In this document: positions 49,496 through 59,373 of the stretch, in pieces
How positions within the stretch are numbered: the first letter of the stretch is position 1
How the letters are laid out: every line of letters begins with the position of its first letter
Assembly (NCBI GenBank): GCA_002331495.1
Contig: DCYR01000007.1
Coordinates: 29,689 to 93,688 of the forward strand
Direction of reading: 5' to 3'
From: Patescibacteria group bacterium UBA2105
GTDB lineage: Bacteria > Patescibacteriota > Minisyncoccia > Phycocordibacterales > UBA2100
DNA: 64,000 bases
Translations under genes and position numbers: made by a program
The notes under the pieces: generated by a model
The model's database searches: none
The model's input: only the letters and a program-made list of their open reading frames with translations
What the model was told of the DNA's origin: nothing

Positions 49496-49879
49496 TTAAA
49501 GTGTTGTAACGCGTCGGTAGAGTTGTAGCAACGCGGTTTTGTAACTGGCGTCGACGAGTGTGTCGCCGTCGGTGTAACGCCACCCCCCTACGAGCCGTTC
49601 ATCTGTCTGGATTTCGACTTCAGGTACTGACCGCAAGTGGTTTCCCAACTCCTTCAGGGCCTTTTGAGAGTCGCTCTCCTTGGTGACAGTAAGCGTTGGT
49701 TTTTGCGCATACTCTCGTGCTTGTAGCCGCTCGAGTTCTCGCAAAATAGCAGGGAGAGCACGCATCTTGCCCTCTCTCTTGAGTACGGCCACTAGCTCAT
49801 CAACATGGGCCTCAGCTTCGCTGCTGTTGGCTGCGTTCTCAAGTGATCGCGATAGTGCGTGTGCATACTCAACGGGCAT
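49496..49879 (-). CDS. atpH: F1 ATP synthase delta (OSCP) subunit, shortened (127 aa)
   Basis: Position in the operon and a delta-like C-terminus ([28 protein letters not shown]). A stop codon lies immediately upstream in frame, so it is not longer. Confidence 0.55.
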   Translation of the reverse strand: MPVEYAHALSRSLENAANSSEAEAHVDELVAVLKREGKMRALPAILRELERLQAREYAQKPTLTVTKESDSQKALKELGNHLRSVPEVEIQTDERLVGGWRYTDGDTLVDASYKTALLQLYRRVTTL

Positions 49880-50015
49880 ACCTGGTTAGAACAACTTCGA
49901 ACCTAACCTGTGCGGGTTAGTGAAGTGGTTTAGTGATGTTAATAATTTCGTCATACTTTTTGATATGGTGTCGGTAATATACCCTATCGCATTCGAAGTT
50001 GTACTACCGGGCATA

Positions 50016-50465
50016 CTACGATTGCTTTTCTTTTAGGATTCTCTCAGCTGCAAGAACTGCGGCTTTGCCGATTTCTGCTTTGCTCTCGCGAAGCGCTTGC
50101 TCCTTCGCTTCTTGTGCGCGTTGCTCTGCACTTACAAGAATTGAATCAGCTCGAGTATTTGCATCGTTCACAATTTGTGACGCCTGCTCTTGAGCGCGCT
50201 CTTTTGACGAGGCAAGAAGCTCCTCCGCTGATTTAGTGGCCTCTTTGAGGACCGTGTCACGTTCGCCTTCAATCTCTCGGAGGCGCTCCTGAGACTTCTC
50301 AGCACTTTTAACACCCTCTTCGATCTTTTCTCGACGGGTGTCGAGCATCTTTAAGACGGGCCGGTACAAGAAGTACCACAATGCTAAGAGGAGTACGCCG
50401 AAGTTAACTGCCTGTACAATAAGCAGTTTCCAGTTGAGTCCGAATACTTTTACAATTTCTTCCAT
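50016..50465 (-). CDS. atpF: Fo ATP synthase subunit b
   Basis: Single N-terminal TM then long charged helix. Confidence 0.8.
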   Translation of the reverse strand: MEEIVKVFGLNWKLLIVQAVNFGVLLLALWYFLYRPVLKMLDTRREKIEEGVKSAEKSQERLREIEGERDTVLKEATKSAEELLASSKERAQEQASQIVNDANTRADSILVSAEQRAQEAKEQALRESKAEIGKAAVLAAERILKEKQS

Positions 50466-50606
50466 GGTTAGTTGTGCGTGAGCTCAAGAATTCAAAAATT
50501 TTGGATGGAGCGCGAGGAGGTCGAGAGAGAATGTTCGAGGTGTATTTGCTATATAGTGAGGTCATTCTCGTGAAGACCAACAAAGCGCTGCGCCAAAATT
50601 AGTGAA

Positions 50607-50858
<252 letters not shown>

Positions 50859-50907
50859 TTACTCTGCTCGCATTCACAGAGTCACGCTAAACCTGAATTC
50901 CTCAGGG

Positions 50908-51735
50908 CTAGTGTGGCTCTGTGATTGCTATCTTGATGAAGAATAACGTCAACAGTGCAAAGATTGCTGCCTGGATCAGTCCCACGAATACTTCAAAAAG
51001 CATCATTGGCACTGGCACCAGGTACGGAACAAAAAACATTATCACCACGATCAGCACCTCACCTGCAAGGATGTTTCCAAACAGACGAAACGAGAATGAA
51101 ATAAGACGAGCAACCTCACTGAAGAGTTCGATAATACCTACGAGGAATCCGATGACCGACTTAAAGTTCAGGAACTTACTTGCGTACTTCATTATTCCGA
51201 GAGTTGCGACACCGACAACCTCAATAACAATGAAGGCGATCACGGCAAGTGCGAGCGTGACATTAAGATCAGTGTTAACACTTCGCAGGAGCGGGGTAAA
51301 TGCTTCTCCCCCGTGACTTGACTGTTCAATGAAACCGATACTCCCAATACCTGGAGTGAATTCGAGAACATTCGATGCAAATATGAAGAGAAAGAGCGTG
51401 GTTATGAATGGAAATAACTTTCGTGCGAGCTTTCCATCCTCAAGCACCTCGGTCATGTAGTTTAGGATAAAGTTGAGCATCTCCTCGAAAAGAGTCTGCA
51501 CTCTACCTGGAATCATCTTTAAGTTACGCCCAACAAAAAAAGCGATGGTAAAGAGAATCGCCATCACTATCCAGCTTGTTATGAGAGTATTCGTAAGCGG
51601 GATTCCAAGAAATTCCCCAACTCGCTCTGCAGCAAGCGCAATGTGTATACCTGAGTCTGCATAAGAGCTGGCGGTCTCTACTGCGTATATTGTCGCCTCT
51701 GATATCTGCTGGCCGTCGATTGAAATATCTTCCAT
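50908..51735 (-). CDS. atpB: Fo ATP synthase subunit a
   Basis: Conserved Arg-containing helix (FSFRLFGNILAGEVL). Start is uncertain; the longest ORF extends to 51777. Confidence 0.85.
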   Translation of the reverse strand: MEDISIDGQQISEATIYAVETASSYADSGIHIALAAERVGEFLGIPLTNTLITSWIVMAILFTIAFFVGRNLKMIPGRVQTLFEEMLNFILNYMTEVLEDGKLARKLFPFITTLFLFIFASNVLEFTPGIGSIGFIEQSSHGGEAFTPLLRSVNTDLNVTLALAVIAFIVIEVVGVATLGIMKYASKFLNFKSVIGFLVGIIELFSEVARLISFSFRLFGNILAGEVLIVVIMFFVPYLVPVPMMLFEVFVGLIQAAIFALLTLFFIKIAITEPH

Positions 51736-51805
51736 AATATGTCTAACGCGCCTCTTGAGGAAAAGAGGCGCGCGCATTGTAGCACAGAATTCTGACGACT
51801 CCAGG

Positions 51806-52987
51806 CTATTTTACTTCCTCCCCTTTTACCTTTTTTCTCTTTCCAGCAGCCTTAAGAAGTTTGGGCTGTGTACTTGAGGAGCCTTCGTCTTCCGGTATGC
51901 TCTTAAGGAGATACCAGGCAAGAAGTCCCAAAAATAGACCAATGGCAACCAGTGTTATGTAGTAAAACATAAACACTGCAGATATAATCGCAAGAACTAT
52001 GGTACCGAATAACCAATACAAAGTAGAGTTGCGAAGCGTCATTCCCAGCGCTGGCAACACTAGATGCTGCAGCAGGAACAAAAGCCCAAGGAAAAACAGC
52101 GTAGGGATGATGTAGCGGTCTTTCTCGAATAACCCTATGCTTGACGACAAACGAAGTCTGTCCCTGTCAGGTATGAGTTTTGCGAAGAATGCTTGAAGCC
52201 CTGTCCAGAGATCGCGTTCCCGCGAGGAATCCAAGGCCTCTTCGGCAGCGGTTACCGCAGCAGGGACGGTCGAGGTTGTGTCAATGTCTCTCCTAGTCTC
52301 TTCCTCGGTGGGAGGCGCTTCTTGGTCAATAAATTTTGCAGCTGGCGAAGTAACTGCTGGCGCGAGAGGGAACTTTTCGGAGTCAAACGCAGGGGCGGGT
52401 ACGGAACGAGTGGGGGTTGGTGTTCCGGAAATCGAGGGTGTCATCGAGGCTAGGCTAGCAACTGAGGGCCCGGCTATGAAAACCTGGGGGTCGCTAATAG
52501 TCGGCATTGCAGTTGGATGAGATCGGGTCACGAGCCGATAGGTGTACGCCTTGCCAGGCTCAAGACCCGTAAGAATGGCTGTGTGCAGTGAATTCCCAGC
52601 GTTGTTTTGTACGGTGGCATGAGGGTATCCAAAGTTTTCTTCAGACACAACAATCGTTACAGGCTCGCTAGAGAGCTCCGAAAACAATACTTGTGATGCC
52701 GCGGGGGCATCGCTCTCCCACTGCACGACAGCGCAGTTCTCAGTTGAACTTATAAAGCTAACCTGCGCATTCGCAGTTTGAACAGAACCGGGGCCTTGCA
52801 TCATTCCGGCACCGTAGCCAAAAATATCAACACTGTAAGAACCACACGTTTCTCGCTCTAAAACTCCCGGTGGGAGTGAGTCCAAAGACGCTGATGCAAG
52901 CTGTGGAAAAAAAAGGAAAATCAAAAAACTCCCCAATAAAATCATTTGTAGTGTGCGCCGTTGCGCAGCTGTGTAAAACACGCTCAT
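51806..52987 (-). CDS. Hypothetical signal-peptide protein with fibronectin-III-like domain, Pro/Thr-rich linker and C-terminal TM helices
   Basis: AYTYRLVTRS (FN3-like), PTPTRSVPAPA linker, three C-terminal hydrophobic helices, Lys-rich tail. Confidence 0.4.
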   Translation of the reverse strand: MSVFYTAAQRRTLQMILLGSFLIFLFFPQLASASLDSLPPGVLERETCGSYSVDIFGYGAGMMQGPGSVQTANAQVSFISSTENCAVVQWESDAPAASQVLFSELSSEPVTIVVSEENFGYPHATVQNNAGNSLHTAILTGLEPGKAYTYRLVTRSHPTAMPTISDPQVFIAGPSVASLASMTPSISGTPTPTRSVPAPAFDSEKFPLAPAVTSPAAKFIDQEAPPTEEETRRDIDTTSTVPAAVTAAEEALDSSRERDLWTGLQAFFAKLIPDRDRLRLSSSIGLFEKDRYIIPTLFFLGLLFLLQHLVLPALGMTLRNSTLYWLFGTIVLAIISAVFMFYYITLVAIGLFLGLLAWYLLKSIPEDEGSSSTQPKLLKAAGKRKKVKGEEVK

Positions 52988-53164
52988 GTTGTTTGTTTAT
53001 TTAAAGCAAATTCCCAGCAAGGGATCGAAAGGAACAACAACAAAAGAGCACAAGCTCCTCGATTATAGGGGTGCTCATACGGTGATGTCAAGAACAAAAA
53101 AAGTCGCCCGCGTTCTGGTTTCTTTAAGGACATAAACAGCCAAAGTAGGCTTAGGTCGTGCCAT

Positions 53165-53848
53165 TTATTGTCCCTTAGAGAGGAAGTTGTGTAAACGCCT
53201 TAGATCTTCCATATCTGAGACCTGGTGCCACCCCGTCGCTTCTATGATTCTTATGGGGAAATCGGCAGCGGCGAGTACCACCGTTTGCGGTAAGCCAAAC
53301 TCCTTTCCACCCTTGATTGGCTGCATTTCATACCTGAAATACTCGGGGCCAAGTACGAAACAATTGGTCCCAACAAATCCTTCCTTTACATTATGGGTAC
53401 CTTCATTTACTGCGACCACATGGTCGTTGTCATCATACATAATTTGTCCCCCGGTGAATTTTCCACGTACTTTTTTGACCAACCACGCCCAGTCATGTTT
53501 CAGGCAGACGTGGATATCGTCTTCTCCATACATGTCGTCTCCCATAAGTACGATAAAGCGGCCAGTGATGTGTCTCTGACATAGAGATAGCGCATGAGCA
53601 GTACCAAGAAGCTTCTTTTGTCGAACATAGGAGATTTTTCTACCTTTGTATTCGCTACCAAAGTGATTCGTTATCTGCTCGGCCAGGTAACCGACCACGA
53701 TTATAAGCTCATCGACTTCCGCGGGTAGCTTGTCTATGTTGTGCTCGAGCAGGTTCTTTCCACCTGCCCGTGCCATGGGCTTAGGAACGTGGTAAGTCAG
53801 TGGGCGCATGCGAGTACCTTCACCAGCTGCTAGTAGTATTGCTTGCAT
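53165..53848 (-). CDS. Sugar-phosphate nucleotidyltransferase (NTP_transferase family)
   Basis: LLAAGEGTRMRPLT...PKPM signature. Confidence 0.75.
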   Translation of the reverse strand: MQAILLAAGEGTRMRPLTYHVPKPMARAGGKNLLEHNIDKLPAEVDELIIVVGYLAEQITNHFGSEYKGRKISYVRQKKLLGTAHALSLCQRHITGRFIVLMGDDMYGEDDIHVCLKHDWAWLVKKVRGKFTGGQIMYDDNDHVVAVNEGTHNVKEGFVGTNCFVLGPEYFRYEMQPIKGGKEFGLPQTVVLAAADFPIRIIEATGWHQVSDMEDLRRLHNFLSKGQ

Positions 53849-54064
53849 AATATCTCGTATTGTACTGTTTGCCCGGCACTCTTCAAGGTGTTGTGTTTAT
53901 CCTTATATCACCAGCCGATTGCGCTTCTCAGCTTGCGGGGGTGATTCTACGGACATAAGTTTAAAAAAGCGAGGTTTCATACAAAGCAAAACTGGTAGGT
54001 CGTCTATCTGTTTTCAGGCTTTGTTGGGCCCACATCTCTTCTATGCTTCAATCGGTGCTCTGTT

Positions 54065-54889
54065 CTAGCCTCGGATGGCCTCTAAGGCATCAAATAGCGC
54101 CGAGTGCATATCCACGTGCGTATCGACCTTTCTAAAATAGGGCCGGTTGTCCGGTCTTTTAAAAAGAACACCACGTCGTTGCCACAATCCTACAGCAATA
54201 AAATAGTTAGCTAGCCCAGAGTCATACACTTCAACATCAGTCGCGCCGTCACCAATCATAATTGCTCGTGAAGGGTCCGTAATTATACCGCTAACAATAT
54301 CAAGCTTTGAGTTCATAATCCGTGAGTTCAGTTGATCCAGATCCCCGTTTTTTGTGATGACAATCTTGTTGCCGATCCCTGCAAAATGTACTTTCGCGCA
54401 TCCCTCCTGCTCCATCTGCTTTTGCAATTCCGAAACAGCTGCATTTACACAAATTTGCGGCCCGCCGCTCACTACTGAAATTCTTAGCGTTCGCCGGCTG
54501 CAAGAAATACTTTCTTGGCTAAGAGCCGAAACCAGACTTTTCGTGAGCGTATTCGGGACTATGCTGGCCACTATTTCAAAGTGTTCGGGAAGTACCGGTG
54601 CTCCTAGCTGTTTTGCTATTGCAATTCGTGCCGGGATCGTTTCCCTCATTGTCGCAGCTCCAGACATGCCTCTGTCCATCTCAAATTGGACTCGCTTCAT
54701 AGCCTCTGCGACCGCATCAGGGAGCAACCGCGCACTCAAAGCTGTTTCAATAATAGAATCCAGGCTCTCTATTGATAATAGAGTGCTATCCATGTCTAGA
54801 ATTATATGGGCATGGTTATTAGTCATCGAGGAAAAGTTATTCATGCGATCTTCGCTCAGCTCAGCATCCGCTGGTATCGTTTGCAGCAA
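54065..54889 (-). CDS. HAD-superfamily hydrolase (phosphoserine-phosphatase-like subfamily IB)
   Basis: DxDxT motif ILDMDSTL; later GDGATD motif. TTG start inferred from the ORF track. Confidence 0.6.
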   Translation of the reverse strand: MLQTIPADAELSEDRMNNFSSMTNNHAHIILDMDSTLLSIESLDSIIETALSARLLPDAVAEAMKRVQFEMDRGMSGAATMRETIPARIAIAKQLGAPVLPEHFEIVASIVPNTLTKSLVSALSQESISCSRRTLRISVVSGGPQICVNAAVSELQKQMEQEGCAKVHFAGIGNKIVITKNGDLDQLNSRIMNSKLDIVSGIITDPSRAIMIGDGATDVEVYDSGLANYFIAVGLWQRRGVLFKRPDNRPYFRKVDTHVDMHSALFDALEAIRG

Positions 54890-55216
54890 TGTTCGGCAAC
54901 ATTGATATCCACATTTTTCAGTATAGTTCTATTTTGACTATAAACTCTAAAATCGGGTTCATTAAGTCGTACTAGTTTCTGCGTGATACAAGAATATCAA
55001 GAATAATAAGAAATGCACAGAATTGCGAGCTATGTTTTTTTAGTACAAAACCTGTGACATCTTGATACAGAGAATGCCACCAGCAGCAAAAAAAAGAGCT
55101 AATCACAAAAAGTGGCCCAACACAGAGGTTCAAGGGCATGGTAAAGCTAGCTAGACTTTAGACCAGACCCGGTCGAGGGAGAATAAAAAATTCCCTAATC
55201 ATTTGCGCGGATGAAA

Positions 55217-55244
55217 CAATAAGGCCCGCTTTAGCGGGCCTTAT
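55217..55244. terminator. Perfect 12-bp stem / 4-nt loop hairpin (AATAAGGCCCGC-TTTA-GCGGGCCTTATT), probable bidirectional terminator
   Basis: Seen directly; T/A-rich flanks on both sides. Confidence 0.5.
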
Positions 55245-55249
55245 TATGA

Positions 55250-55321
55250 TTTACTCCGTTTCTTCGTCCTCTTCCTCACCTGCGCTTGCCTGGCATGCTT
55301 CGCATGATCCATCTTCACACA
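55250..55321 (-). CDS. Candidate 23-aa Cys-rich acidic micro-protein (MCEDGSCEACQASAGEEEDEETE)
   Basis: Manual translation. The stop codon lies 5 nt before a perfect 12-bp hairpin terminator. No homolog known to me; could be fortuitous. Confidence 0.2.
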
Positions 55322-55541
55322 TAGTTGAATTTATTAATTGCTAAGCACCTCTTGGTGCCCCTTAATCATGCCTTTTGGCTAGACCTTTGCAATCCCCATG
55401 TGAAAAAGTGAGCTTGCATATATTTTTAAGTTTGTTCTAGCTATGGCGTTCCCAACGTCAAGGACCTTTCACTACGTCATGCGCTCCCCTTAAATTCCAA
55501 CCACACGTCATTCGCTGCTTGTTCAGGAAATGCTCAATGTA

Positions 55542-56090
55542 TTATTGGACAAACTCCCGAATCTTATCAGCATCAAAGACTTCTAGGACCTCTCGCTTTC
55601 CTGCCCGAGTCATTATTATTTTGCCATCATAGGTATTTGGAGCAAGATAGACATTCTCTGGATAGTCATCGGCAATAGCGGTCAGTCTGCCGATCAGGTC
55701 TGGCTCGCACTCATAATCGAGGCAGTTGTATTGGATGATAATTCCTGGTGCGCCTCTCCCGTCTGAATGTTCAAGCATATGCCGCTGCATTCGATCCGGT
55801 AGTGGAGATGTTACAATATGCGCCGCGGGGGAGTCTTCGCTATGTCCTTCCACGGTTATAGGCGGCAGGTTAGGGACAAGTGTGAAAAGCCACATTATAC
55901 TCCCCAAAATCACCAACACGGTGAGGGATATGAGGATATATTTTCCGGCTTTCTTGGGGACATCGGCGAGTTTTTTCTTCGCTTTCGCGTGTTGTTTTGC
56001 CTTGGCTTTATTAGCCTTCTCGAGATCATACTTCTCTTTTGGGGAGAGTTCTTCGGAGTCTTGTGGTTGCTCATTGTCGGTCATGCGCAT
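55542..56090 (-). CDS. Hypothetical membrane-anchored protein (Lys-rich N-terminus, one TM, DUF3105-like extracytoplasmic domain)
   Basis: TM YILISLTVLVILGSIMWLF; C-terminal region with His residues and a CxxxC pair. Confidence 0.4.
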   Translation of the reverse strand: MRMTDNEQPQDSEELSPKEKYDLEKANKAKAKQHAKAKKKLADVPKKAGKYILISLTVLVILGSIMWLFTLVPNLPPITVEGHSEDSPAAHIVTSPLPDRMQRHMLEHSDGRGAPGIIIQYNCLDYECEPDLIGRLTAIADDYPENVYLAPNTYDGKIIMTRAGKREVLEVFDADKIREFVQ

Positions 56091-56203
56091 TTTGCTAACT
56101 TAGTTTAGAGCTTATTTCTTGTAATCGAACACTTTTTAAAAGACTATCAAATATTGCACCCAGTGCAATTGCTCTGCAGACCTAGAGTCTTGAGCCAGCG
56201 AAA

Positions 56204-56884
56204 TTAATAGCCTTCGAACGACTCCGTAAAAATGTGGTCACTCAGTACTCCACCAGTGCGCAATCCACTTATAACGACCGCTACCATGGCAGGTGGCCCC
56301 ACAATCCACCACACTGCATTCGGATGTTTTTCTACCAGATCTGAAAATAAATCGGGAGAGGGCTGGTGATAGAGATTATGGATTGAAAATTGCTGCTGTT
56401 CTTCAGACAACTGTTCAAGCTCTGCAAGATAAGCAGCGCTGTGTGAGTCCTTGTTGCCATAGTATAGAGTGAGAGGATGATGCAACGTTTTCTCTCTTTG
56501 CTGAGGCAAGTAGCTCATAAACGGAGCTATGCCGACTCCACCAGCAACAAACACGTGAGATTTATTGACTTCATCAGGGAAGAGAAAGCTGCCGGAAGCC
56601 TGTTCAATGGTCACTGTTGAATTCTTCGGGATAGACATTAAAGTTTTTTTAAAGCCGCTCCCTGAAGCGCGAAATACCACTCGCAAATGTTTACGGTCCT
56701 CCGGTGGAGATGCAAGCGAGAACTGACGTGAGCGCCCTTTTGGGTCTGGCGCAATAAGCTTGGAGACAGCTACTTGAGTGTATTGTCCAGCCTTAAACTC
56801 AAAGCCAGCAGGTCGCTTGAAGGTCACTTCGTGCGTTCCATTTGCTACGGTTCTATGTGCGACTATTTGTGTGTTAAACAACAT
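56204..56884 (-). CDS. FAD/NAD(P)-binding oxidoreductase (ferredoxin-NADP-reductase-like)
   Basis: RQFSLAS (RxYS-type FAD motif) and AGGVGIAPF (NAD(P) motif). Confidence 0.6.
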   Translation of the reverse strand: MLFNTQIVAHRTVANGTHEVTFKRPAGFEFKAGQYTQVAVSKLIAPDPKGRSRQFSLASPPEDRKHLRVVFRASGSGFKKTLMSIPKNSTVTIEQASGSFLFPDEVNKSHVFVAGGVGIAPFMSYLPQQREKTLHHPLTLYYGNKDSHSAAYLAELEQLSEEQQQFSIHNLYHQPSPDLFSDLVEKHPNAVWWIVGPPAMVAVVISGLRTGGVLSDHIFTESFEGY

Positions 56885-56896
56885 GTTCGTTTGTTA

Positions 56897-57610
56897 TTAC
56901 CATTGAGTATTTCGCTGCTTGCGTACAGTTTTGACAAAAGCCCAAGCTTGCACCACGAATACACTCAGAAGTGCCGCTAGGTAGTAATATCGCAGAGGAT
57001 TAACCGGATACTCAGTTGGTGCCCCCATCATAACCCGCTGTAGCGAAGGGGTATAGTGGATAAACGCGAAATACACAACGTGTGCAACGGAAAGATAAAA
57101 TATGACGTAAGCAAACATGTGTAGCCATTTCCACGAAGATACTCCTAACCAGTTCACCGCTCTGTCAAACGATGTGGCAGCAAGAGCGAGAGCGAACACG
57201 AGTGCCATAAGACCGATGAGGTTTGCAAGGCCAAAACCCGCTTCAACTCGAAGATATGTGTCGACTTCGGTTATGTATTGATACCCAAAGAAACCCCACA
57301 CGCTCCACCGGACCCAGCCGTCAAGTATGAGGTATCCATGGATCAGGGCGACAATAGTAAACCAGACACCAGCCTCGCGCCGGAACGACAATATGCGATT
57401 AAGGGGCGGCCAAATGACAGCTGCCGGCCCGATAAAGACTGCAAACCACAACAAAAAGAACGAACTGCCGCCAAATGACTTCCAAAGGCGCATGTCCGGG
57501 CTCCATGTGGAATTAAGCATCCACACAAGTCCGACAAGTGCGGCTGCAATTACTGCAAACAATATGTGGCGCAAGAATGCTACTTTGCTACTTTTTATTC
57601 CCAACAACAT
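56897..57610 (-). CDS. Ferric-reductase-like transmembrane (bis-His heme) domain protein
   Basis: Six TM helices with conserved His pairs (IHGYLIL..., HMFAYVIFYLSVAHVVYF). Immediately upstream of the FNR-like gene, like a split NOX/FRE. Confidence 0.5.
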   Translation of the reverse strand: MLLGIKSSKVAFLRHILFAVIAAALVGLVWMLNSTWSPDMRLWKSFGGSSFFLLWFAVFIGPAAVIWPPLNRILSFRREAGVWFTIVALIHGYLILDGWVRWSVWGFFGYQYITEVDTYLRVEAGFGLANLIGLMALVFALALAATSFDRAVNWLGVSSWKWLHMFAYVIFYLSVAHVVYFAFIHYTPSLQRVMMGAPTEYPVNPLRYYYLAALLSVFVVQAWAFVKTVRKQRNTQW

Positions 57611-57621
57611 ACTTTTTTAGA

Positions 57622-58404
57622 TTATTGAACAATCACGACACCCATTTGGCTGGCGTTCACATGGTCGTGGTATGTCCACTCCCCCACTTGGTCGAACGTA
57701 TAGCGGTAACTTCCACCGGTAGCAGTAGACGAGAACTGGTCAAAGGTTGGCAGTATGGTGTGTGCCGGGTGCAAGTTTGATGCTACCCACATAGGGCGAC
57801 TGCTTTTGTTGACAAATACGACAGTTTCTCCCGCCGAGATCGTTACCTCCCGTGGCACGAAGCCCTCGTTAGTATACGTTACGACCACTGCTGCCTCGTC
57901 AGTTTCCGATGACGAGACGTCCCCTTGCGGAACCACGGAATTTGGTGCGTATTCCCCCGTTGTAACGTACCGGGCAAGCAATTGCCCATCGACATATTGT
58001 GGCATATCACGTATCGGGTTGAAGCCCTCGTCGCCGTCATCTAGATACACAACGGCAACCATGTCCACTGAAACAGGAAACGAACTACTAATGTCTATTT
58101 GCTCATTCCCAGTCAACGGATCAGAGAGATCTATTTGCACATTCTCATGCACTCCGGACGACAAGTACGGACTGACTTCAACGATCTGGCCCGGCCTATC
58201 ATTTACAACTTCACGAAGTACCACAAAACCAGGAGAAGTTAGTTCCACGCGGTTTACGATGACCACCGATCCCAACTCTTGGGGGACGATTTCGAATCTT
58301 TCGCCAATAGTTTCAGGGGAGACACCCCGCTCCGATGATAACAGGGTCCACGCCCCAAAGCTCACGGCAAGGATTGTCGCCGCAATAATACCAATTTTCT
58401 TCAT
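57622..58404 (-). CDS. Secreted protein with C-terminal cupredoxin-like domain lacking the canonical Cys ligand
   Basis: Signal peptide; C-terminus TISAGETVVFVNKS...HPAH...WTYHDHVNASQMGVVIV. Confidence 0.35.
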   Translation of the reverse strand: MKKIGIIAATILAVSFGAWTLLSSERGVSPETIGERFEIVPQELGSVVIVNRVELTSPGFVVLREVVNDRPGQIVEVSPYLSSGVHENVQIDLSDPLTGNEQIDISSSFPVSVDMVAVVYLDDGDEGFNPIRDMPQYVDGQLLARYVTTGEYAPNSVVPQGDVSSSETDEAAVVVTYTNEGFVPREVTISAGETVVFVNKSSRPMWVASNLHPAHTILPTFDQFSSTATGGSYRYTFDQVGEWTYHDHVNASQMGVVIVQ

Positions 58405-58406
58405 AA

Positions 58407-58844
58407 TTAGATGATACGTACGATTAATTCTTCACCGTGGTCGTCAGTTTTATCAGAAGGATTAGGACCACCGCATACTGCAGCATCAGTGTCGATCGGT
58501 CGATCCGCAATAAATTCCATGCGAGCAGTTCCTCCTGCGGGAACATGCCCGCCGGGTACGGTTGCGTTGAACTGAGGTAACGCAATACCGTGGTCCACTG
58601 AATCTCGGTTGGTGAAGTTGATAATTACTCTATCGCCTACAGAGGCCACAATTTCTGAGGGGTTGTAGCTATTGTTTTCCATTACGATATCAAATCGCTT
58701 GGTGCTGGGCAGACCCCCATTTAGTGAAAGGAGCAACGCCGCCACCACAAGGGCAGCTGCGATGATTGACGCAGCTATGGTTAGTTGAGTATTGGTGTTC
58801 ATGATGTTAGTAGTTAGGTGGTAATGAGGGAGGGCTGCATACAA
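58407..58844 (-). CDS. Membrane-anchored cupredoxin_1-like domain protein
   Basis: TM then VASVGDRVIINFTNRDSVDHGIALPQF pattern, typical of cupredoxin-like domains found with metal transporters. Confidence 0.4.
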   Translation of the reverse strand: MYAALPHYHLTTNIMNTNTQLTIAASIIAAALVVAALLLSLNGGLPSTKRFDIVMENNSYNPSEIVASVGDRVIINFTNRDSVDHGIALPQFNATVPGGHVPAGGTARMEFIADRPIDTDAAVCGGPNPSDKTDDHGEELIVRII

Positions 58845-59367
58845 GCGGTCGATCTATTTTTTTCAGCAGAGTATAAATGGAGTACACAAGGAGGACGATG
58901 CCCAACAATCCAAATTCCTCCCCGCCCAGGGGCAAAAATACCAATGAGCCGGCAGCGCCGAAAAGACCAAGCAGTCCGGTGAGAATGAACGTCCCGCACG
59001 ATGCACACCCCACGCCCAGAAATCCACTCACAATGCCCCCGAAGCTCGTCCATGTTCCCTTATTTGAAGTTCGGATCTTTCTCGTTGTGCGAACGTAGTG
59101 GACGAGTACCACAATGTTTACACCAAAAAGCAAAGCTATGGTGATTGTGTACAGAGCGGAGAAGGTCGTAAAGTTTGTCAGGATGGAACCGTACAAACTC
59201 GTCAAAAGCGATACTTTTTCGGCAAACGTCGCCGATTGCGAAGGTATGATGGTTAGCACCAATCGCCAATTTGGTAACCAAACTGCAATGGTAAACACGA
59301 CAAGGGATATGCCTGCTGACAGCAGCACATACGCAGGTCGTGCCCAAATAGACACGAGTAATTTCAT
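58807..59367 (-). CDS. Hypothetical polytopic membrane protein with intramembrane GCASCG motif
   Basis: Five hydrophobic helices; CxxC within a helix suggests thiol-redox or metal handling. Confidence 0.3.
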   Translation of the reverse strand: MKLLVSIWARPAYVLLSAGISLVVFTIAVWLPNWRLVLTIIPSQSATFAEKVSLLTSLYGSILTNFTTFSALYTITIALLFGVNIVVLVHYVRTTRKIRTSNKGTWTSFGGIVSGFLGVGCASCGTFILTGLLGLFGAAGSLVFLPLGGEEFGLLGIVLLVYSIYTLLKKIDRPLVCSPPSLPPNY

Positions 59368-59373
59368 AGGCAG

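Noticed and set aside
55100-55160. tRNA-like T-loop candidate (GAGGTTCAAGGGC) in the AT-rich gap
   Set aside because: It does not fit the GTTCRANYC consensus, and no acceptor or anticodon stems can be drawn around it. No tRNA was found anywhere in the window.
55074-55160. 28-codon plus-strand ORF MPQQQKKELITKSGPTQRFKGMVKLARL in the AT-rich gap
   Set aside because: No terminator, no conserved features, and an A-rich tract that generates Lys codons by composition alone.
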